Shown here: positions 60,365 to 64,000 of the stretch, in pieces
How the letters are laid out: each line of letters begins with the position of its first letter
Position numbering within the stretch: the first letter of the stretch is position 1
Assembly (NCBI GenBank): GCA_030601885.1
Contig: JAUWAU010000016.1
Span: 66,817-130,816, forward strand
Direction of reading: 5' to 3'
Origin: Armatimonadota bacterium
Lineage (GTDB): Bacteria; Armatimonadota; Zipacnadia; JAUWAU01
DNA length: 64,000 bases
Position numbers and translations under genes: made by a program
The notes under the pieces: model-generated
The model's input: the letters and a program-made list of their open reading frames with translations, nothing else
Database searches by the model: none
What the model was told of the DNA's origin: nothing

Positions 60365-61036
60365 ATGAACTGGATAGTCAAAGGCTTGTTCACCGAGCAG
60401 ATGCTCCTCTTCGCAGCAGCGAGCACGTGCCTGTTCATCGCAAGTGCCTTCTCCGCGGCCTGGGCCCAGGCCACGGATACCATCATAGATGAATGGGCCG
60501 CTGTGAAAGCCCCACCACCGCCTGAGCTAGAGCCGGTAACTGTGGACCCAAAAGCGACGGCGCTCCTCGTTTTGGACATTCAGAACCAGAACTGTAATCT
60601 CGAGAGAAGGCCTCGATGTGTAGCTTCGTTGCCGGGAATCAAAGCCCTACTCGCGGAGTGCAGACGCAAGGGCATGCCCGTTGTTTACTCCTTAACGAGA
60701 AACGCGAGCAAAGCAGACATCAGGGACGAGGTAGCACGCATCGCAGAAGAGCCCATAGTCAAGGCTGGAGTGGACAAGTTCTTCGGGACCGACCTGGAGG
60801 GGATATTGAGGTCGAAGGGCATCGAAACGGTGATTTTGGTCGGGACTTCCGCGCACGGAGCTGTCCTCCACACGGCTACTGGCGCCGCTCTGCGAGGGTT
60901 CAGAGTCATCGTCCCAGTCGATGGAATGTCGGCCGGGGAAACCTATGCTGAGCAGTACACCGCCTGGCACTTAGCGAACGCGCCTGGCACGCGAGGCAAA
61001 ACGACTCTAACTCGGATCAGCTTGATCGGATTCTAA
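60365..61036 (+). CDS. Secreted isochorismatase-family cysteine hydrolase
   Basis: Signal peptide LLFAAASTCLFIASAFSAAWA. Family blocks are ALLVLDIQN, VILVGTSAHGAVLHTA and VIVPVDGMSA. Confidence 0.75.
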   Translation: MNWIVKGLFTEQMLLFAAASTCLFIASAFSAAWAQATDTIIDEWAAVKAPPPPELEPVTVDPKATALLVLDIQNQNCNLERRPRCVASLPGIKALLAECRRKGMPVVYSLTRNASKADIRDEVARIAEEPIVKAGVDKFFGTDLEGILRSKGIETVILVGTSAHGAVLHTATGAALRGFRVIVPVDGMSAGETYAEQYTAWHLANAPGTRGKTTLTRISLIGF

Positions 61037-61112
61037 GCGTGGCGAGGTCGCTCGCCGGCAATGCGCCAGGGTCGCCGGCGGCGAACACGACGACCGAACG
61101 GAGTGAGTTTGT

Positions 61113-62477
61113 ATGTGGCGGCACGTCATTATCTGGGTTGGCTTGCTGATGGCAGGACATGCAGCCTACGGACAGGGCGAATCGGCAAACGTGCCGACCG
61201 CCGACGAGGCCCGGGCCGGCCTGCTCCAGGCCGTCTCCGCCTTCCACGCCCTTTCAGTCCAGGGCGGGCACGCCAATGCGTACTCCCCCGACCTCAAGAC
61301 GCGGTACGACGGCAGCCACGGCAAGTACGGGCCCATCAGTGCGCCGGACCAGATCGAGATGGAGCCGCCGGCCACGCCGTGGATCGGCCGGACGATGCTG
61401 GGGGCGTATCGCGTGACGGGAGATGAGCGATACCTTCGGATGGCGAGCGAGGTCGCCGACGCCCTGGCCAAGGTGCAGGCCGAGTCGGGCGGATGGCCCG
61501 CCCGGGCGCGACTCAGCGGCCCGCGACCCAAGACCAGCGACATGGACGACAACCGGACGCAGGCGTGCGTGCTGTTTCTCGTGGAGCTGGCCGAGGTGGA
61601 GCCCGCGCCGGGGCACAGGGATGTCATGCTGCCGGGCCTGGACCTGTTGCTCAAGGCCCAGTACCCGAGCGGCGGCTGGCCGCAGGTGTACCCGCCGCCC
61701 GAGGATCAGGACAACTACCGCCGCTACCACACCATCAACGACGCCACGATCCCCGACTACATGCGCACGCTGCTGACGGCGTACCGCGTGCTGGGCGAGC
61801 AGCGATATCTGGACGCCGTGCTCCGTGCGGCCGATTGGCTCCTGCAGGTGCAGCTCCCCGAGCCGCAGGCCGTCTGGGCACAGCAATACTACGACGACTT
61901 CGTCAACGGCCCGCTGACGCCCAATTCTCCCGCGCCGGCGCGCTGGTTTGAGCCGACGGCGCTCGTCTCCTCCGAGAGCACGGCCGTGCTCCGTATCTTG
62001 ACGGAAATCTGGCTGGAGACGGGCGACAGGCGCTACAGAGACGCCATCCCCAAGGCGGTCAAGTGGTTCAAGCGATCGCGTCTGCCGGACGGTCGTTGGG
62101 CCCGCTTCTACGAGTTGTGCACGAATCGGCCATTGTATTGCACACCGGACCGCATCATCACGTACTCCGATGAGGACCTCCGCCCGGGCTATGCATGGCA
62201 GAGCTCATGGGGCGAGTCCGCCATTGCGCTCTGGACGAAGATCCGGAAGCTCGGGCGCAAGGGCATGCTGGCCGAGCGCGACCGTAAGCCCAGCGCGGAG
62301 CGCGTGCGTGAGCTCGGCGCAGCGGCCCGTCAGGCGCTCGACACCCTCGACGAGCGCGGGCTTTGGGTAACGGAGGGCTTCGAGGGCCACGAGCGCGTAT
62401 GGGCCGGCGCGTTCTGCAGCCGTGTCGGCGAGTTGTGCGCGTATCTGGAAGCTCTGAAGGCCCGCGAGAACGGATAG
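61113..62477 (+). CDS. Secreted alpha/alpha-barrel polysaccharide lyase, probably PelA/Pel-15E (PL10) pectate-lyase family
   Basis: Signal peptide present. Repeated SGGWP blocks occur (ESGGWPARA, YPSGGWPQVYP), followed by HTINDATIPDYMRTLLTAYRV. This assignment rests on my memory of the family motifs. Confidence 0.5.
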   Translation: MWRHVIIWVGLLMAGHAAYGQGESANVPTADEARAGLLQAVSAFHALSVQGGHANAYSPDLKTRYDGSHGKYGPISAPDQIEMEPPATPWIGRTMLGAYRVTGDERYLRMASEVADALAKVQAESGGWPARARLSGPRPKTSDMDDNRTQACVLFLVELAEVEPAPGHRDVMLPGLDLLLKAQYPSGGWPQVYPPPEDQDNYRRYHTINDATIPDYMRTLLTAYRVLGEQRYLDAVLRAADWLLQVQLPEPQAVWAQQYYDDFVNGPLTPNSPAPARWFEPTALVSSESTAVLRILTEIWLETGDRRYRDAIPKAVKWFKRSRLPDGRWARFYELCTNRPLYCTPDRIITYSDEDLRPGYAWQSSWGESAIALWTKIRKLGRKGMLAERDRKPSAERVRELGAAARQALDTLDERGLWVTEGFEGHERVWAGAFCSRVGELCAYLEALKARENG

Positions 62478-63021
62478 AGACTATCGCATCCAGGCAATAG
62501 CAGCGTCACCGTGCGGACTCCCATCCCTCCCGGCAGGCCGCTGACTTGTCGTGGCAGCTCGCGTGCCTCTGCTGCCATGGCACCTGCCTGCGCTGCAGCG
62601 AGGCGCCTCTGCGCGCAGATGGCCCCGACCACGACCTGCCGGTGTGCTGGCCACCTCATCTGCCCCAGCAGCCTGAAGCCTCCCTTGCCTCCGGTAACAC
62701 TGTGTCGCGTTGGCTGGGAACACCCGTGGGCCCGAGGCTATGTGCCCCACCGGCCAGTGCGGCCCAACGCGGTTGATGCTCCGGGATCGATGTTGTCACT
62801 TAACGTAGCACTATGCGCGCTCACTGGTTCCGCCCGCACGAGCGGTGGACATTTATCCAGCATATCTCCATTGCGGCAGGCACATTTGGACACCGAGCGC
62901 GCTGTTGGACAGGAAAAACGGCGCCAAACACCCCGTCGCACGGCGTTGCGCGGCTGAATCCCGCGCCCATCAGTACAACCTTTGCGCCAATCCTGGCAAC
63001 TAAGTAATCAAGAGGTAAACA

Positions 63022-63477
63022 ATGGAAACGCATGCTGTGGCGTGCCCAAATCCTGCCTGCGACAACTTCGGACGCCGCAGAAGCCGCGACATCGTGGCAG
63101 TGTCGCCCGTGGGCAAGGACAAAAAGCGGGAGCGCTTTCGGTGCAAGGCCTGCGGCAGGAAGTTCGTGGCAACCTGCGGCACCTTTATGTACCGGATGCG
63201 AATCCCGGAGGGAGCATTTCTCGATATTCTCAGGCGGCACCACCGCGGTCAAACGATTGCCGACATCGCAGCTTCTATCGGGGTTTCCACGGACACGGTG
63301 CTCCGCGTCTTCGATAGAACGCTGCCGTATCGCGAACAGGTGAATGAGGCGCTCATTATGGAGTGCAGCCTGCCCGCGCGAACGGCCGAGGAGATAGTGC
63401 AATTGATGGAACACCGGGCCCGGCAAAGGACCACCCAGCGCCGACAGCGGGCCCGCGAGACGGGCGTGCCACGGTAG
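63022..63477 (+). mobile_element. Transposase-like zinc-ribbon plus HTH protein (IS1595 / IS1 InsA-type N-terminal module) without a DDE domain
   Basis: The zinc ribbon is CPNPACDNFG...RFRCKACGRKFVATCGTFMY. The HTH is GQTIADIAASIGVSTDTVLRVF. It is 151 aa, and no catalytic transposase ORF follows it in the remaining 520 bp. Confidence 0.5.
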
Positions 63478-64000
63478 CGAGGCGCGAACGACACACTGGG
63501 GCGTGCTCCCAGCAGGCGGTGCGCACCGCACAAGCGTTTCTGTGACCGATTGCACGCGAGGCTGATGCGTCCCGAACTTGAGCTGAGACGCTCCGTCTGC
63601 AGCCCCGGACATACAGGGCGGTGATATACTGAGATGATTGGCTCAAAGGACAAGACGCGATACTGCACGATCACGATCTATGGGGAATTCGCAGAGGTCT
63701 TGGCGGGTACCGACATTGCCCGCGGCATTGCGGAACTGCAGGCAGAGACAGATGCCGCGCAGCACGTGAGAGACTGAGCTAGCAGCGTCAGTATTTGCAT
63801 CGCCGATAACACCCCTGCACTGATCTCCGCGCCACACTCGCAGCAGCAGTTCAGATGGCGATCGGACGGCTCACGGGCTGACGAGCCGTCGCACACCTGA
63901 GGCGACCTCTGGCGTCGGCTCACGTCGGTGCGGGCGAGCCAGAGGTGCGCAGGCACGTGCCATCCAGTACAGGAGGTCAAGGAGATGCACGTGTTGCATG

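Noticed and set aside
62821-63612. 263-aa minus-strand ORF
   Set aside because: It is antisense to the Zn-ribbon/HTH transposase-like gene, is Arg/Ala/Pro-rich and has no motif.
1-64000. tRNA, rRNA or other canonical RNA genes
   Set aside because: I scanned by eye for T-loop-like GGTTCGAATCC-type sequences and rRNA-like conserved blocks. The only GGTTCGA occurrence (about 31021) lies inside a coding region with no cloverleaf context. No RNA gene can be supported without a covariance-model search.

Overview
GC-rich bacterial chromosomal segment. Its gene content resembles a Planctomycetota/Verrucomicrobiota-type polysaccharide degrader, though this taxonomic guess is inference only. I found no rRNA, tRNA or CRISPR array.

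Most of the window is a carbohydrate and sulfated-glycan utilisation neighbourhood with many twin-arginine (TAT) exported enzymes:
- four xylose-isomerase-like TIM barrels
- two aldo/keto reductases
- two Gfo/Idh/MocA oxidoreductases and a DUF1080 protein
- a DUF1593 protein
- three intact sulfatases
- a GH29 fucosidase, a PL10-like lyase and an esterase
- two URO-D-family paralogues
- two giant PQQ-type beta-propeller proteins
- two paralogous small tetraheme cytochromes c

The accessory and unusual parts are:
1. A minus-strand locus at about 29.3-35.9 kb looks like an undescribed RiPP system. It encodes a radical SAM/SPASM enzyme, then a 63-codon Cys/Trp-containing peptide hidden inside a longer track ORF. 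Downstream lie a fusion of a polyprenyl-synthase-like domain to a QW-repeat prenyltransferase/cyclase-like barrel, and a translationally coupled PqqD/RRE-like plus M50-like membrane metalloprotease.
2. The first 5 kb hold two orphan Rhs C-terminal fragments with tiny hydrophobic or Cys-rich tips, each followed by a membrane protein, plus a HepT/MntA toxin-antitoxin pair.
3. A 32-bp repeat family bounds these modules. Copies sit exactly at gene-truncation junctions, and one pair forms a perfect 32-bp inverted repeat.
4. Two non-toxin genes (a sulfatase and the fucosidase) have a foreign gene plus a displaced, duplicated copy of their own 3' end immediately downstream. This is the architecture known from Rhs/CdiA tip displacement.
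5. A PIN toxin overlaps an atypically large upstream partner.
6. Several REP-like palindromic intergenic elements and several decayed gene fragments are present.

Many long track ORFs are antisense or alternative-frame shadows of real genes, as is typical at this GC content, and were rejected.
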